Below, in pieces: positions 1-7,571 of a DNA stretch of 11,566 nucleotides; positions within the stretch are counted from its first letter, which is position 1; each line of letters begins with the position of its first letter. The notes below the pieces were generated by a model that saw nothing but the letters and a program-made list of their open reading frames with translations, made no database searches and was not told where the DNA came from. Source of the DNA: an uncultured Myxococcales bacterium (GTDB lineage Bacteria > Myxococcota > UBA4151); the NCBI GenBank assembly GCA_964013405.1, contig CAXGWI010000111.1, positions 1 to 11,566 of the forward strand, in the 5' to 3' direction. The translations under genes were made by a program, and so were the position numbers.

Positions 1-435
1 CAGCCCGTAGCTTTGACCTTCATGATCAAAAGCCTGTTGCGCCACGGGCAAGAAGCGCCGAGGTGCCGCTCGCTGGGTCGCTAGATCGCCTGCTTTCAAC
101 CATTGACCCATTCGATCCTGAGCAAAGATAAAAAGATCCGGTCCTCTGCCATGGGCCAAGGCGGTACTGACCTTTTCGGGAAAGCCCTCAAAGGGGTTGG
201 AAGTCAGCTTCAAGGGCAAGCGGCAGGCTGCGACGACCCGAGCCAGTGCATCGGCTTCCTGATCCCGCCAAGCATGCCAAAGAACGAGAGGCTCACCGGC
301 CCACCGAACAGGCTCTCCGCAGGTAAAGTCGACGGATTTTACCGATGTTTTCTCTACAGCAACAGGAGCAGTTCGCTCAGCAGTGCCTCCCTGGGTTCCG
401 GTCCCAGCCAAGGCCAGGGCGATGAGCACGCGCAT
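1..435 (-). CDS. malE: Maltose/maltodextrin ABC transporter substrate-binding protein (MalE-like), 3'-truncated by the window edge
   Basis: Not in the ORF track; translated by hand from ATG at 435-433, which overlaps the ATPase stop as TGATG. 145 codons are open to position 1: MRVLIALALAGTG...EPLVLWHAWRDQEADALARVVAAC...PFEGFPEKVSTALAHGRGPDLFIFAQDRMGQWLKAGDL...FLPVAQQAFDHEGQSYGL. LVLWH, GPDLFIFAQDRMG (cf. E. coli MalE GPDIIFWAHDRFG) and AF.HEGQSYGL (cf. YNGKLIAYP-type motif) match family-1 sugar-binding proteins. It lies directly after a sugar ABC ATPase. Confidence 0.88.
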   Translation of the reverse strand, partial: MRVLIALALAGTGTQGGTAERTAPVAVEKTSVKSVDFTCGEPVRWAGEPLVLWHAWRDQEADALARVVAACRLPLKLTSNPFEGFPEKVSTALAHGRGPDLFIFAQDRMGQWLKAGDLATQRAAPRRFLPVAQQAFDHEGQSYGL

Positions 436-1535
436 CACGGGTCGTTAACTCGCAACGCTTTACCGTCAGCGCCAAACAGGAGCATCCGTTCTGTATGCAC
501 AGCCAGTGCTGTGACTGCGCCGGCCTGTAGGCCAGCGGCACGACGCCCATCGAGCGAGATACAGACCCGGTGCTCCTCCAAGCCCAGCAGGCGGAAGTAA
601 GCCCGACATTCGGCGCCGGTGTACTCCACTTCATCGAGTCGCCCCTGCAAGGGCCCACGGGCGTCGAGCACCAGCGCATCGGGGCGCAGCCCCACCTTCA
701 GGCCTGAGATATCGTTCCCCAGACCTGGGATCTCCAAGGGGAGCTTCCCCTGCCCCAGCGCCAGCACGCCATCGGACCATGTGGCGGCTACGATCGATGC
801 CGGGGGCTGCCCGAAGAAGGAAGCGACGTAATCGGTCTCCGGTCGCATGAAGCAATCTTCTGGGGACCCCACCTGCTCCAGTTTTCCCTCCCGCAGTAAA
901 GCGATCGAGTCGGCTAAGGTCATCGCCTCCACCTGGTCATGGGTGACATAGACCGTGGTCACCCCCAGTTCCCGATGGCGCTGACCGAGCTCGGCGCGCA
1001 TTTGGGAACGCAGATTGGCATCGAGATTCGACAGGGGCTCATCGAACAAGAACAGCCGGGGGCGGCGAACCATCGCCCGCCCCATCGCCACCCGCTGGCG
1101 TTGTCCCCCACTGAGTTCTCCCGGCTTTCGCGCGAGCAACGAGCCGAGACCCAAGGCCTCGGCCACCTCGCCCACCCGTCTGTTGATCTCCCCAGGTCGC
1201 TCTTTGGCGACTCGAAGGGGAAAGCCCAGATTTTCTGCCACTGTCATGTGGGGATAAAGCGCGTAACTCTGAAAGACCATCGCCACATCCCGCTCCCGGG
1301 GCTCAAGGCGATTGACCTCAACCCCATCGAACAAAATGGAACCGGCCGTGGGCTGCTCCAATCCGGCGAGCAATCTGAGCAGCGTGCTCTTGCCACAACC
1401 ACTCTCGCCGACGAGCACCAAAAAGCCGCCAGCCTCCATCTCGAGGTCGATGTTTTCTAAAACCGGCGCTTCTGCCCCGGGAAAGGTGAACGTTAGCCCT
1501 TTGAGCGATAAAGCGACCGGTTCTACCGCCCCCAT
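435..1535 (-). CDS. malK: Sugar ABC transporter ATP-binding protein (MalK/MsmX/UgpC family), ~366 aa
   Basis: Walker A GESGCGKS, Q-loop MVFQSYALYPHMTV, signature LSGGQRQR, Walker B/D-loop LFLFDEPLSNLD, H-loop YVTHDQVEAMTLAD, and a C-terminal OB/TOBE-like extension (GLRPD...VEYTGAE). The ORF track starts at GTG 1598. ATG 1535 is preferred because it has GGTGGAG 5 nt upstream and gives a typical length. Confidence 0.95.
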   Translation of the reverse strand: MGAVEPVALSLKGLTFTFPGAEAPVLENIDLEMEAGGFLVLVGESGCGKSTLLRLLAGLEQPTAGSILFDGVEVNRLEPRERDVAMVFQSYALYPHMTVAENLGFPLRVAKERPGEINRRVGEVAEALGLGSLLARKPGELSGGQRQRVAMGRAMVRRPRLFLFDEPLSNLDANLRSQMRAELGQRHRELGVTTVYVTHDQVEAMTLADSIALLREGKLEQVGSPEDCFMRPETDYVASFFGQPPASIVAATWSDGVLALGQGKLPLEIPGLGNDISGLKVGLRPDALVLDARGPLQGRLDEVEYTGAECRAYFRLLGLEEHRVCISLDGRRAAGLQAGAVTALAVHTERMLLFGADGKALRVNDP

Positions 1536-3676
1536 CGGATCTCCACCGTCTGAGTCGTCTTCGCCACATGCAGGTAACGGTTGTCTCTCGGTTCCCACAC
1601 GGGACGGCCCCCTTTCATTTGCACCAACTTAAAGGCCGCCACGCTTTGGTCTGGGGCCTCAAGCACGACGCGGCCTGATTGAACCGGGAGACCAGCCTCG
1701 GGACGCCAATGACCAAGGGCCGGTCCGAGCCCGACCAGCCGATATTGACCCGTTGGATCGGGCAACTGATCCACCTGGATCACGACCTTCGTCTTCGCAG
1801 GTTGCAGTTTTCCCAGGTAAGCGCCACCCACCTCCACAAGTCCGAAGCTTTGGGGGCCGAGTGCGAGATGAACGCCCCCGGCCTCGAGGGCACCGTCGAG
1901 CACCGAGCCCAAAACCAAATCCTTTGGCAGGGTGATGTCGACCCGGTCGGTGCCATGATTGAGGAGCACGAGGACACCCTCAGGGCCTCGGTGTCGAAGC
2001 ACCACCAAGTGTTGGTCGCCAATCTCTAGGATTCGGGTTGCGCCGGAGTGAAGAGCTGCTCGGCCGTCTCGGAGCCGCGCGAGTTTTGCAATCCGATCCC
2101 GTAAAGGATGACGGACAAAACGCATCGCGCCCCGGTTTGCCGGCGCATCGACACCTGCAAGGCCGACCTCAGTGCCATAGGTGATCGCCGGCACCCCTCG
2201 ACTGCTAAACAGGAAGCCTAAGGCCCGATCGATGGCCTGACCATCGCCAGCACAGGCGCTATGAATCCGCGGTAGGTCATGGTTATCGAGAAACGTGATG
2301 AGTTGGCTCGAATCGGGGTACATGCCGTCGACACCAAAGACTGCAGCGACGCGGCCGACATGCCCGCCCTCGCAAAAGACGGATTTCATGGCGTAATAGA
2401 AGGGGAAGTCGAAGGCTTGATCGAGGCCATGGGCAACGATGGCCTCAGACAAACGCCTCGAGTCCCCTTCAAAAACCTCACCGATGACGACGGGCTCGGT
2501 TTCTGCGAGGGAACGGAGCAAGTCAGCGTAAGGCTTCGTAAAGGTGGGCGCTACATGCTGAACCGCATCTAGCCGATAGCCGTCCGGCTGCAGTCTTGCG
2601 TGCCAAGTCCGTGCAGCGCTCGATAGATAGGCAAAGACCTCGGGCACATCTTGATCGAGATCCGGCAGGCCGTGAACTCGACCGGTGACCCGTTGGACCG
2701 GATCTCTAAAATCCACCACATCCCCTGCTTGGTGAAACCAGTGAGGTTGCTGCTCGACCAGCGGCGCATCGTAATCGAGATGGTTCACCACCAAGTCGAG
2801 AATCAACCGCAAGCCCCTACGATCGAGCTCCTGGCGAAGTTGCCTCCCTATGGTGTCGTCACCAAAACGCGGCTCCCACTCCCGCAGGTCCTCGGTCCAA
2901 TAGCCGTGGAAAGCACTGTGGCCCACAAAGGGTCTCGTTCGAGCCTTGGCCACAGGGGTCACCCAGACCTGCCCCATCCCCAGCTCCTCAATCCAATCCA
3001 GTCGATCGACGACCCCCTGAAGGTCACCGCCGTGGAAAGCGATGGCCTGGGTCGGGTCCGCGTCGGCATCGTTGTCGACATTACCATTGGCGAATCGGTC
3101 GACCATCACCAGATAGATGGGGCGGCGACTGGCTGGAAGTTGAACTTCGGCTTGCTCGGCTTGTGGCGATCCGTGCCGATGCTGGCTCAGAAAAGCATGG
3201 ACCCGAGTGACCACATCGGGGACGGCAGCCGCGACCACGACCGATAAACCGTCGGTTTCATGCTGACGAAACACAGGCACGTGGAAGGCAGTTTGAGCGA
3301 AGGCGTCCTGAGCCTGTGCAGGGACCAAACTCAGGCTCCCAGTCACCTCCCATCGATAGGCACCCCCCAACTGGCTCGTCGCTTCGCCGGCGAGTTCCAC
3401 CAGCAACTGCTGGCCATCACGCTTCGAGCGTTGGGATAGAATCCGCAGACGGGCCGAGGTGGAGCGATGCCCAGCAAAGTGCTGCCCAGGCACGATCGTC
3501 ACCTGGTAACCCAAGGCGGCCAACCCAGCTTCGAGACGGTTGATGACCACGGCCGGTGGCTTCTTCTGACCATCCACAACCACAGCAAGACTCACCAGAC
3601 CCGCTCGGCCAGGCGGGGTCGGCTGGCTATGGCTGCAGGCCACAAGGCCGAGAAGAAGCAGGGATCTCAAAACCAT
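1523..3676 (-). CDS. Lipoprotein alpha-amylase family enzyme (GH13) with an uncharacterised N-terminal domain and a C-terminal CBM20-like starch-binding module, ~717 aa
   Basis: ATG 3676 has SD GGAGGT 6 nt upstream (the ORF track starts at 3709). Signal peptide II MVLRSLLLLGLVA-C (lipobox LVAC). GH13 motifs: IYLVMVDRFANG, FHGGDLQG, FHGYW, region I DLVVNH, LPDL, region II GYRLDAVQH (nucleophile Asp), region III GEVFEG (acid/base Glu), region IV FLDNHD, GVPAITYGTE. The C-terminal ~90 aa (VGLGPALGHWRPEAG...FKLV...VWEPRDNRY) fit the CBM20 pattern. Confidence 0.92.
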   Translation of the reverse strand: MVLRSLLLLGLVACSHSQPTPPGRAGLVSLAVVVDGQKKPPAVVINRLEAGLAALGYQVTIVPGQHFAGHRSTSARLRILSQRSKRDGQQLLVELAGEATSQLGGAYRWEVTGSLSLVPAQAQDAFAQTAFHVPVFRQHETDGLSVVVAAAVPDVVTRVHAFLSQHRHGSPQAEQAEVQLPASRRPIYLVMVDRFANGNVDNDADADPTQAIAFHGGDLQGVVDRLDWIEELGMGQVWVTPVAKARTRPFVGHSAFHGYWTEDLREWEPRFGDDTIGRQLRQELDRRGLRLILDLVVNHLDYDAPLVEQQPHWFHQAGDVVDFRDPVQRVTGRVHGLPDLDQDVPEVFAYLSSAARTWHARLQPDGYRLDAVQHVAPTFTKPYADLLRSLAETEPVVIGEVFEGDSRRLSEAIVAHGLDQAFDFPFYYAMKSVFCEGGHVGRVAAVFGVDGMYPDSSQLITFLDNHDLPRIHSACAGDGQAIDRALGFLFSSRGVPAITYGTEVGLAGVDAPANRGAMRFVRHPLRDRIAKLARLRDGRAALHSGATRILEIGDQHLVVLRHRGPEGVLVLLNHGTDRVDITLPKDLVLGSVLDGALEAGGVHLALGPQSFGLVEVGGAYLGKLQPAKTKVVIQVDQLPDPTGQYRLVGLGPALGHWRPEAGLPVQSGRVVLEAPDQSVAAFKLVQMKGGRPVWEPRDNRYLHVAKTTQTVEIRWGR

Positions 3677-5163
3677 GCCTCGACCTCCAAGGCACCCAAA
3701 TGGTGCCAATGACGCTCCGCCGGCGGGAAGCGGTTATCCGCGGCGAGGCTTTCGACTAAATGGTGCCCGTAAGCCAAATTTTGAGTCGAATATTGGAGCC
3801 CGTAAAGCAAACGAAACGATGGCCGAGAAAAGATCCCCAGCCCTCGGGGGTTAACGATCGGCCCTAACTTGAGTTGCCAAGTACGCCGTTCGGATAAGTC
3901 GCCGTACTCCAGCCCCTCGAGATCGTGTCGCCCCGCTGCGCTCGCGAAAATGCTGTCGGCCCGGGCCCGGTAGCGATTGCCCTGCAGTGATCGTTCCAAT
4001 GCAACGCTGGTTTCAAGCAGGAGAAGCACGCGGCGACCCAGATGGGACTGAACCCGGAGCACCGTCGAGGCCAGGTCCATATCGGCATCACTGGGACTCA
4101 CGTGATTGTCGCCGTCTCGACGCCGGCTGAGGAAGAAGGCCCAGGCTCCGTCCACACGCCCAGGCAATAGATCGAAATGCATTTCATTTGCGAGGGTGAT
4201 CGCCTCCCGCTCATCGGTCAGTTCCTTGAGAAAGATACGGACCGTCTCCCCACCATGACTCTCGATCGCGACGTGCTCGGGATGGGCTCGCTCGAAGGTC
4301 AGATAAAGATGATTCCAGTTGAGGGGGCCGAGCCGCCCAAGGCCGAGGTAAGCGAGCACCTTAAAGCTCGACGACGCCACAGCCTCAGGCCGCGGAAAGT
4401 CGCTCAAGTCCCCCGGGTTTTCGAGGAAGTGGGTCGCCACAACTCGCCCCCGCAGCCAATCTTCAACCTCGATGCCTGGTGTGCGATGGGGCCCAAAGGG
4501 GTTACCGGTCACGGCCGGCTCATAACGATACACGCCCCCAAGTCCCCAGACATGGCCTTTGCCAAAACGTCGGCGCAGACTACCTCCGCCGACCAAAACC
4601 GAGTGATAGTTGGCTGCCTTCAAGGCAAATCCGGCGTCGCCCACGCCCAGTTGAAGGTCCCACGGCCCCCGCTGCAGCCGCGCCGATGCCCCCACCGTTC
4701 CGACAAACAACTCCCCGGGACGAAAGTCATAAAGGCCAAGGTCGCCGAACCAGTGGTGTAGCGTCCCCATCCTGAGGCTCAGTCCCGGCACCAAGCTATT
4801 ACTTGTGTTGAGATAGAGTTGGCTAAGGCGATACGAGGCCAGTTGACCACCGCCACCATCGGCGCCGGTCACCGAGCCCCCCTCCATCTTCACGTGGAGC
4901 GCACTGGTCGTATCCCCCCGGTCTGCACGCCCGGGCTGGAGTTTGAGGCGCATCTCCAAGGCGAGCCATGGGCCTTCGTTCAGGAGCCGACCGTAGAGGT
5001 TCCAGTAACCAAGGCGCCCGTCCCCCCCACTCAGATCGGGCCGGGTCATGACCCGGGCGTACCCCCCAAGACTCAGGGCTCGGTCCGGTGCCTCAGCGAC
5101 CGCGGTACGGGGCAAGAAGAAACAACTCCCCACAGCGAGGAGCCCTGGCAACCACGGCTTCAT
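3667..5163 (-). CDS. Outer-membrane carbohydrate porin, divergent LamB/maltoporin-like beta-barrel, 498 aa
   Basis: Sec signal peptide ending AVA-EA, amphipathic beta-strand pattern, and a C-terminal beta-signal LEVEAWF. LamB-like motifs: LGGYARV (cf. FHGYARS), YGRLLNEGPWLALE (cf. YRLGNECETYAEL), GIFSRPSFRLLY (cf. SIWSRPAIRVF) and terminal EAWF (cf. EIWW). GGAG SD and ATGA overlap with the upstream gene. Confidence 0.8.
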   Translation of the reverse strand: MKPWLPGLLAVGSCFFLPRTAVAEAPDRALSLGGYARVMTRPDLSGGDGRLGYWNLYGRLLNEGPWLALEMRLKLQPGRADRGDTTSALHVKMEGGSVTGADGGGGQLASYRLSQLYLNTSNSLVPGLSLRMGTLHHWFGDLGLYDFRPGELFVGTVGASARLQRGPWDLQLGVGDAGFALKAANYHSVLVGGGSLRRRFGKGHVWGLGGVYRYEPAVTGNPFGPHRTPGIEVEDWLRGRVVATHFLENPGDLSDFPRPEAVASSSFKVLAYLGLGRLGPLNWNHLYLTFERAHPEHVAIESHGGETVRIFLKELTDEREAITLANEMHFDLLPGRVDGAWAFFLSRRRDGDNHVSPSDADMDLASTVLRVQSHLGRRVLLLLETSVALERSLQGNRYRARADSIFASAAGRHDLEGLEYGDLSERRTWQLKLGPIVNPRGLGIFSRPSFRLLYGLQYSTQNLAYGHHLVESLAADNRFPPAERHWHHLGALEVEAWF

Positions 5164-7571
5164 CTTGTCTCCACGATCACGATGGAGTGGGCCGGCAGAT
5201 CCACCGCCCCAGCCACCTGTGCCGCGTCCTCATTCCAGGCGTTGTAACTGCGACGCTGGTCCCGATCCGAAGGGGCGGCGGCATCCATGAGAAAGTCTTG
5301 GTCATCCCACCAACTTTGCGTGTCGAGGACGCGAAACCACTGACGCCCCTCAGGGAGTTGGAAGCTACGCGTCTCTAGGCTCATGTTGATGAGGACCGCG
5401 ACTTCGGGGCCAGCCTCCGCGTCAAAGTAGTGAATCATGAGTGCTTTGCCGGCCCAATCAACGTCATCCGTATTGGCTGGGCTCTTCCAGGCAAAGGGGG
5501 CGCCGCCACCATAGGCTGCCGGTGAGAACGCATGTTGGTGCCGACGGCGAAGCGCGATCGCTTGGCGGGTAAAATCGTGCATCCGATGCCGTGCGTCGTG
5601 ACTCTGCCAGACGCCCCACTGGAACCAGTTGAAGGGGTTGTCCGCACCGGTGGAGTAGGCATTGTTGTTGCCCAACTGGGTGCGCATCCATTCATCTCCG
5701 CCCAGGAGCATCGGCGTGCCATGGCTGATCATCATGGCCGTGAGCAGATTCCGCATTTGCTGACGCTTAAAGACCTCCTGATCCATGCCCCAGTTGCGAC
5801 TCCGGTTGTGCGCCTCGCCATCATCTTGTTGGCACCAAGGACTGGCTGGATCGCTGCAGCACACCGGATTCAGCGGACTGCAGCCGTTGCGTTTCTGGTC
5901 GTAGGAGAAGAGGTCATAGAGGGTGAATCCGTCGTGGCAGGTGACGAAATTAATGCTGTGGTAGGGCCTGCGTCCATTGTGCCCATATTGCCCCTGGGAA
6001 CCGGTCATCACGAAGCCCCCATCGGCGCTCCCTTCCTGGCTATTGAGGGCCCAATTGTCGTCGTTGACAAAAGATCGCCACCAGTCCCGGAATCGAGCGT
6101 TCCATTCCCCCCAGCCCCGATCGTCACCCCCGACGCTCGCGGCTGGATAAGCACCGATCAGCGGGCCATAGTTGCCACCCGCAGTCCAAGACTCGGCAAT
6201 GATACGAGTGTTTGCGGCCTGCAGAACGGGGTCATCAATGATGTCTTGGAGGACCGTATTCGCGGGGTCATCCCACTCGTTATAGTTGCCGTCCTGCTCC
6301 CCGAGAATACCGGCTAAGTCGAAGCGAAAGCCGTCCACGTGGAGTTCCTCAACATGCCAACGGAGGCTGTCCATGATCAGGCGGCGCATGGGCGTGTGGT
6401 TGGGTCGAGTCTGATTTCCGACCCCGGTGTTGTTCCAATAAGTTCGCCCTCCCGGATTCAGGGCATAGTAGGCGTTGTTATCGAGACCACGAAAGCTATA
6501 GATGCTCGCGACTTCCTCGGGATCCAAGTTGATCGCTGTGGAGCGCGTCCCTGGATCCGGTGAGAAATCATCCTGGTAGATGCGCTCACGCCAAAGCCCC
6601 CCTTCGCCCGTGTGGTTGTAGACCACATCCAGAATCACCTCGATGTCGTGGGCGTGGAGGGCTTCCACCATGGCTTTGAACTCGTCGATCACCCGTCGGG
6701 GGTCAGGGTCAGCAGCGTAGCTCACCTCCGGTGCGAAGAAGTTGAGGGTCATGTAACCCCAGTAGCCCCCATCTAAGGGCTTCTCATGGGTCGGTAGCAG
6801 TTCGACGGCATTGATCCCAAGATCGGCCAGGTAAGGGGCCATTTCACCCAGCCCACGAAAAGTCCCCGGATGGTTGACGCCACTGGCTGGATCCGCCGTG
6901 AAGCCTTTGACATGGACTTCGTAGATCACAAGGTCCTGGGGACGATGCCCTGGGGCCTGACGATTGCGCCGCATGGCAAGCCACTCCGCTTCACCTTCCG
7001 ACCAGGGTCGACGACTCTCTACCACCACGCTTTTGGCGGCAGCTCCGTAGGCCAATTGGGCCCGCGCAGGCCCACTGGCGAGACTGGCCCGGGACCAATC
7101 ATGATCCCGACTCAAGGCCTTTGCCCAAGGATCGAGAAGCAACTTGTTCGGATTAAAGCGGTTTCCTTCGTCGTCCACGTCCGCAATGAAACCGTGAATT
7201 GAGCCCGGATACCATGTGTCGCTGTACGTCCAATTGGGGCCCCAAGCCCGATAGCCATAATGCTGTCCCTCGCCGATTCCCGCGACGTAGAGACTCCACA
7301 CATCCCCAAAGCGATGCATGGCCAAGGCCTGTGTCGGCCGATCCGACTCAGGGTCGTCAAACAGGAGCAGCTCGATACGTTCCGCCCGCTCCGAGTACGT
7401 TGCGAAGTTCACGCCCTCGTCGATGATGACGGGGCCCATATGCTCCATGGTCTTGATGCCCTGCTCATCGAAACTCGGTGCGAAGGACTCCGTGCTATAG
7501 AGACCAAGACCTGCAGGGGCCCAACCGCCACATCCGACGAGTACCGATAAGATGAAGCAACACATCCTCAT
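5160..7571 (-). CDS. iam: Lipoprotein isoamylase / glycogen debranching enzyme (GH13_11-like, GlgX/Iam family, N-terminal CBM48), ~803 aa
   Basis: ATG 7571 has GGGAGG 6 nt upstream (the ORF track starts at TTG 7589). Lipobox MRMCCFILSVLVG-C. CBM48 region GVNFATYSERAERIELLLFD...YGYRAWGPNW...GFIADVDDEGNRFNPNKLLLDPWA. Catalytic-domain motifs IYEVHVKGFT, NAVELLP, YWGYMTLNFFAPE, DVVYNHTGEG, DGFRFDLA (Asp at 6318-6320), IIAESW (Glu), INFVTCHDGFTL (Asp), QLGNNNAY. The YGYRAWGPNW...DVD..GNRFNPNKLLLDP stretch resembles the secreted Pseudomonas-type isoamylase more than cytoplasmic GlgX. Confidence 0.93.
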   Translation of the reverse strand: MRMCCFILSVLVGCGGWAPAGLGLYSTESFAPSFDEQGIKTMEHMGPVIIDEGVNFATYSERAERIELLLFDDPESDRPTQALAMHRFGDVWSLYVAGIGEGQHYGYRAWGPNWTYSDTWYPGSIHGFIADVDDEGNRFNPNKLLLDPWAKALSRDHDWSRASLASGPARAQLAYGAAAKSVVVESRRPWSEGEAEWLAMRRNRQAPGHRPQDLVIYEVHVKGFTADPASGVNHPGTFRGLGEMAPYLADLGINAVELLPTHEKPLDGGYWGYMTLNFFAPEVSYAADPDPRRVIDEFKAMVEALHAHDIEVILDVVYNHTGEGGLWRERIYQDDFSPDPGTRSTAINLDPEEVASIYSFRGLDNNAYYALNPGGRTYWNNTGVGNQTRPNHTPMRRLIMDSLRWHVEELHVDGFRFDLAGILGEQDGNYNEWDDPANTVLQDIIDDPVLQAANTRIIAESWTAGGNYGPLIGAYPAASVGGDDRGWGEWNARFRDWWRSFVNDDNWALNSQEGSADGGFVMTGSQGQYGHNGRRPYHSINFVTCHDGFTLYDLFSYDQKRNGCSPLNPVCCSDPASPWCQQDDGEAHNRSRNWGMDQEVFKRQQMRNLLTAMMISHGTPMLLGGDEWMRTQLGNNNAYSTGADNPFNWFQWGVWQSHDARHRMHDFTRQAIALRRRHQHAFSPAAYGGGAPFAWKSPANTDDVDWAGKALMIHYFDAEAGPEVAVLINMSLETRSFQLPEGRQWFRVLDTQSWWDDQDFLMDAAAPSDRDQRRSYNAWNEDAAQVAGAVDLPAHSIVIVETR

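Noticed and set aside
121..140. Possible frameshift at the A5 run (130-134) in the MalE-like gene
   Set aside because: A recount gives GAT CTT TTT ATC TTT GCT (DLFIFA) in frame, and the ORF stays open to position 1.
1523..3127. Calling the GH13+CBM20 lipoprotein a cyclodextrin glucanotransferase
   Set aside because: CGTases have an extra IPT/TIG domain D between domain C and CBM20, and there is no room for it here; specificity cannot be assigned from motifs alone.
103..7550. Numerous plus-strand ORFs opposite the uptake operon (e.g. 103-600, 939-1460, 2651-3247, 4177-4761, 5532-6317)
   Set aside because: These are antisense shadows of well-supported genes in GC-rich DNA, with no recognisable motifs.
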